Shown here: positions 41,341 to 53,582 of the stretch, one piece after another
Numbering within the stretch: the stretch's first letter is position 1
Layout: every line of letters begins with the position of its first letter
DNA from: Podarcis muralis
Lineage: Eukaryota
Direction of reading: 5' to 3'
Assembly (NCBI RefSeq): GCF_964188315.1
Contig: NC_135668.1
Location: forward strand, 54,560,001 to 54,624,000
Length of the DNA stretch: 64,000 nt
The notes under the pieces: model-generated
The model's database searches: none
Told to the model about the DNA's origin: nothing
What the model saw: only the letters and a program-made list of their open reading frames with translations
Translations under genes and position numbers: made by a program

Positions 41341-43703
41341 TTGTTGATGTTTAGTCGTTTAGTCGTGTCCGCCTCTTTGTGACCCCATGGACCAGAGCAC
41401 GCCAGGCACTCCTGTCTTCCACTGCCTCCCGCAGTTTGGTCAGACTCATGTTGGTAGTCCAACTTCATGATCTGTCCTTCCAGTGAGCACTCAGGTCTGA
41501 TTTCCTTAAGAATGGATGTGTTTGATCTTCTTGCAGTCCATGGGACTCTCAAGAGTCTCCTCCAGCACCATAATTCAAAAGCATCAATTCTTCGGCGATC
41601 AGCCTTCTTTATGGTCCAGCTCTCACTTCCATACATCACTACTGGGAAAACCATAGCTTTAACTATACGGACCTTTGTTGGTAAGGTGATGTCTCTGCTT
41701 TTTAAGATGCTGTCTAGGTTTGCCATCGCCTTTCTCCCAAGGAGCAGGCATCTTTTAATTTCGTGACTGCTGTCACCATCTGCAGTGATCATGGAGCCCA
41801 AGAAAGTAAAATCTCTCACTGCCCCCATTTCTTCCCCTTCTATTTGCCAGGTGGTGATGGGACCAGTGGCCATGATCTTCGTTTTTTTGATGTTGAGTTT
41901 CAGACCATATTTTGCGCTCTCCTCTTTCACCCTCATTAAAAGGTTCTTTAATTCCTCCTCACTTTCTGCCATCAAGGTTGTGTCATCTGCATATATGAGG
42001 TTGTTGATATTTCTTCCGGCGATCTTAATTCCGACTTGGGATTCATCCAGCCCAGCCTTTCGCATGATGAATTCTGCATATAAATTAAATAAGCAGGGAG
42101 ACAAAATACAGCCTTGCCGTACTCCTTTCCCAATTTTTAACCAATCAGTTGTTCCATATCCAGTTCTAACTGTAGCTTCTTGTCCCACATAGAGATTTCT
42201 CAGGAGACAGATGAGGTGATCAGGCACTCCAATTTCTTTAAGAACTTGCCATAGTTTGCTGTGGTCAACACAGTCAAAGGCTTTTGCATAGTCAATGAAG
42301 CAGAAGTAGATGTCTTTCTGGAACTCTCTAGCTTTCTCCATAATCCAGCGCATGTTTGCAATTTGGTCTCTGGTTCCTCTGCCTCTTCTAAATCCAGCTT
42401 GCACTTCTGGGAGTTCTCGGTCCACATACTGCTTGAGCCTTCCTTGTAGAATTTTAAGCATAACCTTGCTAGTGTGTGAAATGAGTGCAATTGTGTGGTA
42501 GTTGGAGCATTCTTTGGCACTGCCCTTCTTTGGGACTGGGATGTAGACTGATATTCTCCAATCCTCTGGCCACTGCTGAGTTTTCCAAATCTGCTGGCAT
42601 ATTGAGTGTAGCACCTTAACAGCATCATCTTTTAAAATTTTAAATAGTTCAGCTGGAATACCATCACTTCCACTGGCCTTGTTATTTGCAGTGCTTTCTA
42701 AGGCCCATTTGACTTCACTTTCCAGGATGTCTGGCTCAAGGTCAGCAACCACACTACCTGGGGTATACGAGACATCCATTTCTTTCTGGTATAATTCCTC
42801 TGTGTATTCTTGCCACCTCTTCTTGATGTCTTCTGCTTTTGTTAGGTCCTTTCCACTTTTGTCTTTTATTATGGAAATCTTTGTACTAAATGTTCCTTTC
42901 ATATCTCCAATTTTCTTGAACAGATCTCTGGTTCTTCCCATTCTATTGTTTTCCTCTATTTCTTTGCATTGCTCGTTTAAGAAGGCCTTCTTGTCTCTCC
43001 TTGCTATTTTTTGGAAATCTGCATTCAATTTCCGGTATCTCTCACTATCTCCCTCGCATTTTGCTTGCCTTCTCTCCCCCGCTATTTGTAAGGCCTCGTT
43101 GGACAGCCACTTTGCTTTCTTGCATTTCCTTTTCTTTGGGATGGTTTTCGTTGCTGCCTCCTGTATAATGTTACGAGCCTCCATCCATAGTTCTTCAGGC
43201 ACTCTGTCCACCAAATCTAAATCCTTAAACCTGTTCCTCACTTCCACTGTGTATTCATAAGGGATTTGACTTAGATTGTATTTTGCCGGCCTAGTGGTTT
43301 TTCCTACTTTCTTCAGTCTAAGCTTGAATTTTGCTATGAGAAGCTGATGATCTGAGCCACAGTCAGCTCCAGGTCTTGTTTTTGCTGACTGTATAGAGCT
43401 TCTCCATCTTTGGCTGCAGAGAATATAATCAATCTGATTTCGATGCTGCCCATCTGGTGATGTCCATGTGTAGAGTCGTCTCTTGTGTTGTTGGAAAAGA
43501 GTGTTTGTGATGACCAGCTTGTTCTCTTGACAGAACTCTATTAGCCTTTGCCCTGCTTCATTTTGATCTCCAAGGCCAAACTTGCCAGTTGTTCCTTTTA
43601 TCTCTTGATTCCCTACTTTAGCATTCCAATCCCCTATAATGAGAAGAACATCCTTCTTTGGTGTCACTTCTATAAGGTGTTGTAAGTCTTCATAGAATTG
43701 GTC
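41341..43703 (-). mobile_element. RTE-BovB LINE, 5'-truncated, about 2.36 kb, with endonuclease C-terminus and full reverse transcriptase domain
   Basis: 786-codon ORF (41307-43667): IIGDWNAKVG...NQIDYIL...GSDH (APE endonuclease), FIDYAKAFD, GVRQGCILSP, IYADD; (CAA) tail at 41341. Confidence 0.95.
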
Positions 43704-43719
43704 CGGTGTGTGTGTGTGA

Positions 43720-44290
43720 AACTTCAGCTCCCAAAATTAATCTTATTATCCTCCAGCAAAAATTCTTATGATGTCAAAACCGTGAAATTGAAGTATTTTA
43801 CTAAAAAGGAAAAAAAAGATTCTCTCGACCTTAGCTAGCAGGTCCTTTGCTTTAAATTGTTTACAAAGGGGGGGGTGGACTTCCTTTTTAACCCTTCCCC
43901 GCTCGTTCCTGATCCAGCAAATTTTTCTTTAAAATTCAAATTTCCGTATTACTCACGGGTTGATGTTTTAAAGTCCGAATGTTCCAAGGAAAAAGTCAGC
44001 GCTCTCCGATAATGGCTTGCGGCTTCACTCTGCAGATGAAGGAGTACTCTCAGCACCGCGCCGCACCCCGTCCCCGTTCTGAAGCCTTTAGAAAGGCTCC
44101 TTCACGGATTGGGGGGGCGCAAATGGTGCCTGCCGAGTCACTACGCTCACAGGCTTCTGCGCCTGTGATTTTAAGGGTCCCCGCGTCCTCGTCGCGGCAA
44201 GACCCAGCTCTGCAGAGCCGATTCCCTCCGGAGCTCGGAGGGAATCCGCCATTAATCGATGGCGCCAACCCGGAAGTCCCAATTTCAGTT
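43720..44290 (-). mobile_element. CpG-rich L1 5'UTR-like segment
   Basis: The minus strand starts GGGACTTCCGGGTTGGCGCCATCG, resembling vertebrate L1 internal-promoter heads, and is CpG-rich; recognition only. Confidence 0.45.
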
Positions 44291-44344
44291 TCTTCAGCAC
44301 CAGTGGTTGGTGCATGCACCTTAAAACTTATTTGTTGTAGGCTG

Positions 44345-45130
44345 CTTTTCCATTACATTATTTTTATTTTGCTTTTACTGCAAGTTTTATTGTCTTCCCT
44401 CCTAAAAAAATAAACATGTTTAATAACCAAAAATTAAAAAAAAATACAGATACAAAATTCAATGATCAGCATATAAAATGATCAAAGGAAAAAATAAATC
44501 TAAATCAATCAACACCCAGGAGGCTCCTTGAACATAGTTACATCGTTTCCCCCTCTATCTTGTGGCAGATGGGTTTTCAGGATACCGGGAGTTGTGTCTA
44601 CGCCCTGTTCCATTTTACCTAAGTTAAATATGCCATCCTTTTGCAAGGCCTCACTGTGAAATCAGGTCGTTTCCCGGCTTGATAGCTGCTGGCACCTGTG
44701 TTCTTGGTTGCGCAATGAATGGAATTGTGCCCAGTCACATAAAGATTGGATGCCCCTTGCTTTGCCCTTTGCCAGGTTTATCCGATATCTCAACTTTTTA
44801 GCCACTGCTATACACCACAGTTCTGAACACCAGAAGCCCCAATGGAGATCGTTTTGTCTGCAGGCTTCCAGTTCCTAGTGATCAACCTTCTAGCTCTCAT
44901 CAACAAAGATGTAATAATCTTTTATAATCTTTTATATCTTCCTGATGCTCCTGCTCTCCCGATTGCCAGAAAAGCTAACAGAGGTTAGCTTTCATTTTTT
45001 CCCCTATTACATTGGGCATTTCTGTAAATACCGATGCCCAATTAAAAAACAAACAAACATTTTTGCTGCTTTAAACAGCAACGTTAGCATTGCGGAATAC
45101 ATCCCCATTCCAACTCACTTTAGGTAAAAA
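44345..45130 (-). mobile_element. Degenerate L1/Tx1 ORF2 3' fragment
   Basis: Minus frame IITSLLMRARRLITRNWK; T-rich tail near 44345-44400 on +. Confidence 0.55.
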
Positions 45131-45152
45131 ATCCCCTTCCATGTCAAGGATA

Positions 45153-45431
45153 AAGGTAAAGGTAAAGGGACCTTTGACCATTAGGTCCAATTGCGACCAA
45201 CTCTGGGGTTGTGGCGCTCATCTCGCTTTATTGGCTGAGGGAGCCGGTGTACAGCTTCCAGGTCATGTGGCCAGCAGGACTCAGCCTCTTCTGGCGAACC
45301 AGAGCAGTGCACAGAAATGCCGTTTACCTCTCCGCCGGAGCAGTACCTATTTATCTACTTGCACTTTGACGTGCTTTCGAACTGCTAGGTTGGCAGGAGC
45401 AGGAACGGGAGCTCACCCCGTTGCGGGGATT
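45153..45431 (-). mobile_element. Sauria-type SINE, 5'-truncated
   Basis: (AAAGGT)n end and 13-bp TSD CATGTCAAGGATA (45140-45152, 45432-45444). Confidence 0.85.
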
Positions 45432-45859
45432 CATGTCAAGGATACAGAATGACATTTTCCATCTATCCCAGCAAGTCCTCCCAGAGCATACCGTGAGGGG
45501 CAGGGGCAAGGAAAATGGTTTTTGTGCCCATTGCAAAACTTGTACCACTGAGTTGCCAAGTCGTATTCATATCCAATGTGCCTTATCTTGTTGATCTGTT
45601 TAGTTACCCTCTTCAATAAAGCGATTTGACAACTTTTATCTGGTTGGAGCCAGTGTAGTGAAGGAGTTAGTGTGTCCTGGGAGACGCAGGTTCAAATCCT
45701 CACTCAGCCCTGAAGCTCCTTGGGGGGAAAATGTTGCATATAAATGCAATAAATAACAAAATAAAACTTAATTGCTGTATAGCATATTGCTGGCTGCCAT
45801 TGATAAACATTTCTTTGAAAGGTAGTGTTGTGTTTTGATTAAAGAATTGAGGGGGTGCT

Positions 45860-46115
45860 CATCAAATGTGCAGATGATGCCAAACTGGGAGGAGTAGCTA
45901 ATACCACAGAAGACAGAATCTGGGGGCAATGGGGTCTAGACTAACAAAATGAATTTCAATAGGGAAAATTGTCAGGTTAGTACAGGGGAACAAGATCTAG
46001 GGGTCTCGGTGGATCACAAGCTTAACAGGAGTCAACAGTGCGATGCCGGGGGGGGGGGGGGAGCTAATTCTTTCCTAGGCTGCATCAACAGAAGTCTAGT
46101 GTCCAGATCATGGGA
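45860..46115 (+). mobile_element. Degenerate CR1 ORF2 fragment
   Basis: ADDAKLGG, MNFNREN, DLGVSVDHKLNRSQQCD and LGCINRSLVSRS motifs. Confidence 0.7.
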
Positions 46116-46119
46116 AGTA

Positions 46120-46630
46120 ATGTTGTTGTGGTGGTGGTGGTGGTGGTGGTGGTGTCATTTAGTCGTCTCTGCCTCTTCGTGACCCCATGGACCAGAGCAC
46201 GCCAGGCACTCCTGTCTTCTACTGCCTCCCGCAGTTTGGTCAAACTCATGTTTGTAGCTTCGAGAACACTGTCAGCCATCTTGTCCTCTGTCGTCCCCTT
46301 CTCCTTGTGCCCTCCATCTTTCCCAACATCAGGGTCTTTTCCAGGGAGACTTCTCTTCTCATGAGGTGGCCAAAGTCTTGGAGCCTCAGCTTCGGGATCT
46401 GTCCTTCCAGTGAGCACTCAGGGCTGATTTCCTCCAGAATGGATGCGTTTGATCTTCTTGCAGTCCATGGGACTCTCAAGAGTCTCCTCCAGCACCATAA
46501 TTCAAAAGCATCAATTCTTCGGCGATCAGCCTTCTTGATGGTCCAGCTCTCACTTCCATACATCACTACTGGGAAAACCATGGCTTGAACTATATGGACC
46601 TTTGTCGGCAAGGTGATGTCTCTGCTTTAG
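46120..46630 (-). mobile_element. RTE-BovB LINE 3' fragment
   Basis: MVFPVVMYGSESWTIKKADRRRIDAFELWCWRRLL; the tail has expanded into (GGT)n. Confidence 0.9.
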
Positions 46631-47035
46631 AAGATGCTGTCTGTGCCACACTATTCTGCTTGGTCTCCCAGCGGTCATTCCTCCTCTGGTCACTGATGTG
46701 GGTGCATGACCTGACCGCCTGTCTCCAAGCACTGCCATTGTCTGCCGTCTTCCATTCTGTGGACATGACCAAGCCAGAGTAGGACGTCACTGAGGCTTGA
46801 GAGAGCACATCTTTCTTTGAGACTCTGTCCTGCCACACGTGATGCCCAAAATATTCCTGATGCACCACGTGTGGAAAGTGTTGAGCCAGTCGCTGCTGAT
46901 GGCTGCCAGCGGCCCACAACTTGCTTCCGTAAAGCACCCTCCTCAACACGCCAGTCTGGGAGACCACCACCCTCAGGGCTCGCCTCCTATTTGAATGGAG
47001 GACTTTCCAGTCCACCCACCTCAGATCCTTAAGAA
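46631..47035 (-). mobile_element. Degenerate RTE-clade LINE fragment
   Basis: VLYGSKLW, WQDRVSKKDVL and WLGHVHRMEDGR motifs in shifted frames. Confidence 0.65.
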
Positions 47036-47044
47036 ACTCTTGCT

Positions 47045-47283
47045 CATGGGTAGGCAAACTAAGGCCCGGGGGCTGGATCCGGCCCAATCGCCTTCTAAAT
47101 CTGGCCCGCAGATGGTCTGGGAATCAGCGTGTTTTTACATGAGTAGATTTTAAAATGCACCTCTGGGTTATTTGTGGGGCATAGGAATTCGTTCACCCCC
47201 CCCCCCCAAATATAGTCCAGCCCCTCACAAGGTCTGAGGGACAGTGGACCGGCCCCCTGCTGAAAAAGCTTGCTGACCTCTGC
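47045..47283. mobile_element. hAT-like MITE (degenerate)
   Basis: ggtaggcaaactaaggcccgggg...aaaagcttgctgacctctg termini. Confidence 0.5.
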
Positions 47284-47429
47284 TCTTGCTGCAAGACAGC
47301 CTGTGTTCCACAGAGGGAGAGCGGTATCTAAAATTTAATAAGTAAATAAAATGTTGTTTAAATGATGGCTTTAAAATCGAGCGTCAGGTTCTAGGACACA
47401 AAGGCGGTGCCTAATCTTTTCGGTCATAA

Positions 47430-48450
47430 ACAAATCCCCTCTGGGCTGTAAAGCTCGCCAGGGCATCCTCTCGCGGGTGAGTTGGTTTCTTTTGCCTCGC
47501 CTACCTCGCAAGGTTCTTGTCGGGATAAAACTGGGGCGCGTGGGAAGGGCGAGAGCCCCGTGGGCTGGACTGGGCGGCAGGACTTTCTCCCCAAACCTTC
47601 CAGGTGGAAGCGCCACCGTCGTACCTGCGCGGCGCCTCCCGGGCGAAGGCGCCCCTCCGCCCGGCTCCTCCTTCCTCCTGGGCGCCGGATGGTGCTCAGT
47701 CCCCGGAGCGGCGGCAGAGGAGGAGGAGGCGGCGGCGGCGGAGGAGGAGGCGGGGACGGCCGGGCGGGGCTTGGCGGCGATTCGGATCGGAGCCCGGGCG
47801 GCGGCGGCGGCGGCGGCGGCGGGAGGCTGAGCATGAATCGCTTCAAGGTGTCCAAGTTCCGCCACGCGGAGGCCAGGGTGGCCCGCAAGGAGGTGGGTGC
47901 CGCCGCCCCGACGGGAAGGGCCCCGATCCCCTCCCGGAGAGTAACCCCAGGCGCCCTCCCTGCCCGCCGCCCGCACCTGTCTCCGGGGTGGGGGTCTTGG
48001 CTCCGCTGCCCCCGATCTCCCCACCCACCCCCGGGATGCCCTGCTCCCGATTGGCACCCTCTGCCCGGGGGCGCCCCCGGGGATTCCCGCTGCCCACCAG
48101 CCGGCGCGCCCCCGGGGGCCCGGGCACTCCTTCCTTCCCCTGCCCAGGGCGGCGGCGGCAGCAGCAGCAGCAGCGGGGGCGCCTTCGGGGTTAACCCCTT
48201 CGGAGCCGCGGCCGCCGAGGAGGTGGGGCGCCTTCGGGGCGTCGGCAGCCGCGCTCCGGGCGTGGGTCACAAGACGCGGCTTCCGCGGCTTCCGCTCTCC
48301 CTTCCCCATCCTGTGCACAGCGCAGCTGCTCTCCGGGCTTGCAGCCGGCTTCCTCCTCGGGGAGCCAAGGGGGGAAGGTGGCGCCTGCAGAATCGGGGGG
48401 CGGGGGAGGAGCTTGCCTTGGACTGAAGCCCCGCCTCCTTTCCCTCCGAT
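47430..48450 (+). promoter_or_regulatory. CORO7: CORO7 CpG island with GGA/GGC repeats in the 5' leader
   Basis: CpG-dense; GGA/GGC runs at about 47716-47755 and (GGC)8 at about 47797-47821. Confidence 0.75.
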
Positions 48451-51400
48451 GGGATGGTGATCATAGCATTGTAGAGTTGGGAGGGACCCCCCGGGGTCAT
48501 CTAGTCTGACCCCCGGCAAAGCAGGAATCTCAGCGGAAGCATCCGTGGCAGACGCCCACGCAACCTCTGCTTCAAAACCTCCCAGGACGGAGAGTCCCAT
48601 AGATCATGGAATTGTGCAGTTGGAAGGGACCACCAGAGTCATCTAGTCTAACCCCTTGTAATGCAGGATGGGGGGGCAGGAAACCCCCCCAGGAGCTGCT
48701 ACTTTGCCTGCGATCTGGGGAGTGCCGCAGCCTTGCGCCCTCTCTCATCTGCTTTGGGCGACCCTGGGCAACCCGTTTCCATTTGCCCTCATCCTGAGTG
48801 GAGGGGGGGGGTCTGGATCCTGAGCCTCAGGCCTTGGCCCAGCTAGTCCAGGAGGGTCTCTAAGACAGGCGGTCGTCTTGGGCTTCTTTCCCCGTCCCCT
48901 GCTGCTCTTAGACAGGAGCTTAGAGGCTGGGAAAGTGGACGTGAAAAGGCTCAAACAGCTTTGAAATTCTGTGCTTATTTTAATAGGAAGTGGTGTTCCT
49001 GCAACAGGGTGCTGAGCCCAGGATCTTCTGCATGCAGTGCAGGTGTCCTCCCACTGGGCTGTGCCCCCTCCTTAAGGGGAAGCATTTTGGGGTGGCCTCC
49101 AGGGCACTGCCCACAAACCAGACAGATGTTTGGGTGTCCAGGAGGCCTCCAAAATTGTGTCACTTTTTAGTTTGCGCAGAGCAAAGTGGCTGGCTGTGAA
49201 GAGCACAGGCCTTGGGAGGGAGCCCCCTTACAGTCTAGGGGGCAGCTTGAGCCCCCTGCCCCCTTCCCTCTGCCCCCTCTTGCGGGTCTGAGCGGCGACC
49301 CTCTTGCATTTGATGCCTCATGCGGTTCGGACTGTGAGCTCTCTGCAGGGCCTCCTGTGTGGTGGCACCACCAATGCAGCATGGATGACTTCTCAGGCCT
49401 AAAGGCCAGAATCGGATGAATGCCCTGAAATTTCAATGATTGCAGGAATTATTATTATTAATATAATATAATATAATATAATATTGCAGAACCAGGGAAA
49501 TGTCAGGCTTTCTGTTGCCTGGGCAACCTCCTCTGCCTGCTGAAAGTGTGAGCACTCCTTTGCTGGTGTGTGTAGCAGAAGTTGCATGAAAGAGCCTATT
49601 TTTAAGCGGAATAAAACCAGGCAGCCAACAAGCCTCCCTTTGTGTTGCCGCTGTGCAGTTTTTGAGGGCTGCTGCTGGAGAGTGAGAGCCAAAGGGCAGG
49701 TGGGCAGAGCTGGGGCATGCGGAGAATTCCCGTGCATAATCTCAGTGTCATTTTTTAAACCCACTTTTCGTCTTGAAGCAGCCACCCCCCCCAAGTGTCG
49801 CTATGGTGCAGAGCGCATGACGCCTTCTCAAGCAGCTCCCACAGGTCTTCCTAGTCCTTTCTTCATAGGAAGGGAGAATTCTGGGAGCTGCAGCTTCTCC
49901 CACCACTCAGATCCAGTGATGGGAGAAGCTGCGTTTGCTACAATTCTTCCACGTCAAAGTTTGAGGCTTTGGAATTTGGCCACAGAAGCTGCGCACACGT
50001 CAACCTTGACTTGGTTCCCCTCTGCTCTAGGAACATATAATGTAAGGCTTTAGTCCTCCCTTTTGAGCATCTGCCTGGAGCACCATCCACCAGGGAGCTG
50101 CAGGGAGGGATGTGGACGGAGGAAGAAGAAGTTCTGGGAGCTCCGTTGCCTGGCAGTTTGTCTTCCTCTCGTGCGGTTTGGGGTGGAAGAGACCACAGGC
50201 AAAGGGGAGGGAGGGCTACCTTCAGATGTCTTCTAAAAGTCAGATAGTTGTTTATTTCCTTGACATCTGATGGGAGGCTGTTCTACAGGGTGGGTGCCAC
50301 CACCGAAAAGGTCCTCTCCCTGGTTCCCTGTAGCCTCACTTCTCTTAGGGAGGGAACCGCCAGAAGGCCCTTGGAGCTGGACCTCAGTGTCCGGGCAGAA
50401 CGATGGGGGTGGAGTCGCTCCTTCAGGTATACTGCGCCGAGGCCGTTTAGGGCTTTCAAGGTCAGCACCAACAATTTGAATTGTGCTCGGAAATGTACTG
50501 GGAGCCAATGTAGGTCTTTCAGGACCGGTCTTGGCGGCCACTCCCAGTCACCAGTCTAGCTGCTGCATTCTGGATTAGTTGTAGTTTCTGAGTCACCTTC
50601 AAAGGTAGCCCCATGGAGAGTGCATGGCAGTAGTCTAAGCAGGAGATAACCAGAGAATGCACCACTCTGGCGAGACACTGCGCAGGCAGGTAGGGTCTCA
50701 TCCTGCGTACCAGATGGAGCTGGTAGACAGCTGCCCTGGACACAGAATTGACCTGTGCCTCCATGGACAGCTGTGAGTCCAGAATGACTCGCAGGCTGCG
50801 CACCTGGTCCTTCAGGGGCACAGTTGCCCCATTCAGGACCGGGGAGTCCCCCACACCCGCCCACCTCCTGTCCCTCAAAAACAGTACTTCTGTCTTGTCA
50901 GGATTCAACCTCAACCTGTTAGCCCCCACCCATCCTCCCAAAATGGGCCGCACACTGCACACTTGTGTTGGAATGTACACACTGGCTCTCTTCCCGGCTG
51001 GGATAAGGACAGAAGGACTCACGGATTGCGCTAAGCACATGGGGAGGTGCATTGCTCCGTTGGGCATATCCTTTCCACTTTCGGGTGCCCGGTAATAGTT
51101 TGCAACCCCTTTGCAAAAGCTCACAGTCTTTCCTCTACTTCCCTGTGGGGGGCGGCCCTCTGCTTTGTAATAATAATCATCATAATAATAATAACACTAT
51201 TAATAATATATTTATACCCTGCCCATCTGGCTGTGTTTCCCCAGCCTCTCTGGGCAGCCCCCAACAGAATATTAAAAACACGATAAAACATCAAAAATTA
51301 AAAGCTCCCCTATACAGGGCTACCTTCAGATGTCTTCTAAAAGTCGGATAGTTGTTCATTTCCATGACATCTGATGGGAGGGCGTTCCACTGGGCGGGTG

Positions 51401-53526
51401 CTACCACCGAGAAGGCCCTCTGCCTGGTTCCCTGTAGCCTCACTACTCTCAGGGAGGGAACTGCCAGAAGGCCCTCGGAGCTGGACTTCAGTGTCTGGGC
51501 TGAACGATGGGAGTGGAGACGCTCCTTTGGGTCTTTGATTTGGGATGGGCGCAGGACCCCTCTCTGGCCCCTGGGCTTGGGGTGCAGATGCTTCTCCTCC
51601 TCTGACTCTGCAAGAAGATCCCTGCTGCTCTGCAGGAACCAGAGAGGAAGCTGCAGTGTCTCTTTCCCTCTCTCACTCCCAGCTTTGGTCTGGGGGAGAA
51701 GGATGTGTCAAAGCTGTAGGTGGTTCCCTTTCCCCGCTGAGCTGTGGGGCAGGGAATGGCTCTCCCCCTCCCTTCAGCTGGGCCTTCTCTCTCTCCTGTG
51801 TTGCAGGCCTGGATTGGAGACCTCCGAGCTGGCTTCCCGGCTGCTTCGGCGAACCACATCAAGGCTGGCGGCCGCTGGATCGCCTTCCACACAGACTCGG
51901 CAGGTAAGCTGTGGGCGAGGCCAGGCCCTGCCCTGCCCTGGGGTGGGTGGCTCTGCTGCTCTCCATGGGGCACGCTTGCACAGTGCACTTCGACCGGGCA
52001 GAGAGGTTGTGCCAACCTGTGCAGGCATGTGGGAACTGTTGGGAACTGGCACCTGGCAGCAGGGAGAGTCCCAGTTGCACGAGGATGGGAAACTCCTTGG
52101 GAGTTCCAGTTGCCAGGGGAGGAGGCATCCCCAGGAGGCTCGTGAAAAGGAGGGAGGAGGAAGGGATGGGTGTGCCATCTTGCCATTTGTGCTTCCTGCC
52201 GCTGCTGGTGGGCTTGGGCTTCCCTCGTGCACTACCCTCTCCCAAAGGTTCCTGCTTGCACCTCCCGGCTTTTCCAGGCCTTAGAAACTCTTGGGAAGAG
52301 CAGGGGAGATGCCTGCCTCCTTCGCCTGAGGGGCAGGGGTTGGAGAACGCTTGTCCCAAGGGGACTCACCTGGACTGGGCACCGTTGTAAGGCAGGGGTG
52401 CAGAACCTCTTTCAGGGCTGCTGAATGCGGCCTTGCCGGCCTCTCATTCTGGAGCTCATGGCCCCTCCCTTGCCAGCCCTGCTGTACCCTCAACCCCCAA
52501 GAACACAGCCTTGAATTGAGATAGTTCCTCTTCCTTGCCTGGGTGCAGCAGGTATGTAGAAACCTCTGGCTTTCTCTGCAGCCAGAGGTTACACACAGGT
52601 CTGATTTGCGCCAGTTGCTTTGCCCAGTGCTTTCCCCCCTAGGGGTAGGCATACCCCTAAACATTTTGTGAATCTAAGTTTGGCCTCATTGAGGGGAGGT
52701 ATTTCAATACAGTGGTACCTCGAGTTAAGTACTTAATTCGTTCTGGAAGTCTGTACTTAACCTGAAACTGTTCTTAACCTGAAGCACCACTTTAGCTAAT
52801 GGGGCCTCCTGCTGCTGCCGTGCCGCTGGAGCACGTTTTCTGTTCTCATCCTGAAGCAAAGTTCTTAACCTGAAGCACAATTTCTGGGTTAGTGGAGTCT
52901 GTAACCTGAAGCGTATGCAACCCGAGGTACCACTGCATGAATAGGAAAATGAGAGTACCCCTAAACATTTTTTTTAGAAAAAATGCACTGGCTCTGCCCT
53001 CTTTGGCCTCTGGCCTCAACTGCCCTTGGTGTGTGGCCCTCAGAAGTCTGTCCTTAAGGGAATGCGGCCCTCTTGCTGAAGAAAGGCTCTCCTTAGCACC
53101 ACCAGTCACCCTGCTACCTGGGGCTGGATGCTCCTTCCAGGCACTGGCTGTGCAGAATCCAGAGGTCCCTTCTGGGACAGGGTCCGCGGTGCCCTTTGTG
53201 GGCTCCTTCAGTCGCTGGCAGAGGCCCGCAAGGGGCTGCCTGCGGTGTTAGAAATGAACCGGGCGCGTTTTGCGACTGCTGTGGGTCCCACTGCGACCAC
53301 ATGGAGATCTCCGCATGCCAGGTTGGCAGCTGGGGAATGCAAAATGTCACTTAGAGAAGGATCTGAAATATTTACCTTGTTTTATTCTGGGTTGTTTGAT
53401 TGGATGTTTTAATGTGTTGTAAACCACTATGAGATTTGTTCTTTAAAATACAAAGAAGTAAAGAAGCAACCACTAACACCTAGGCCTAAGGTGCCAATTG
53501 GCGATTAGATTATATATATTGAGTTT

Positions 53527-53582
<56 letters not shown>

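Noticed and set aside
47371-48600. 409-aa and 314-aa ORFs over the CORO7 CpG island
   Set aside because: Stop-poor GC-rich DNA; only 47833-47892 (and possibly 47689 onward) matches coronin.
51352-52390. Several 150-310 aa ORFs around CORO7 exon 2
   Set aside because: GC-rich intron plus L2 sequence; only 51807-51903 is coding.
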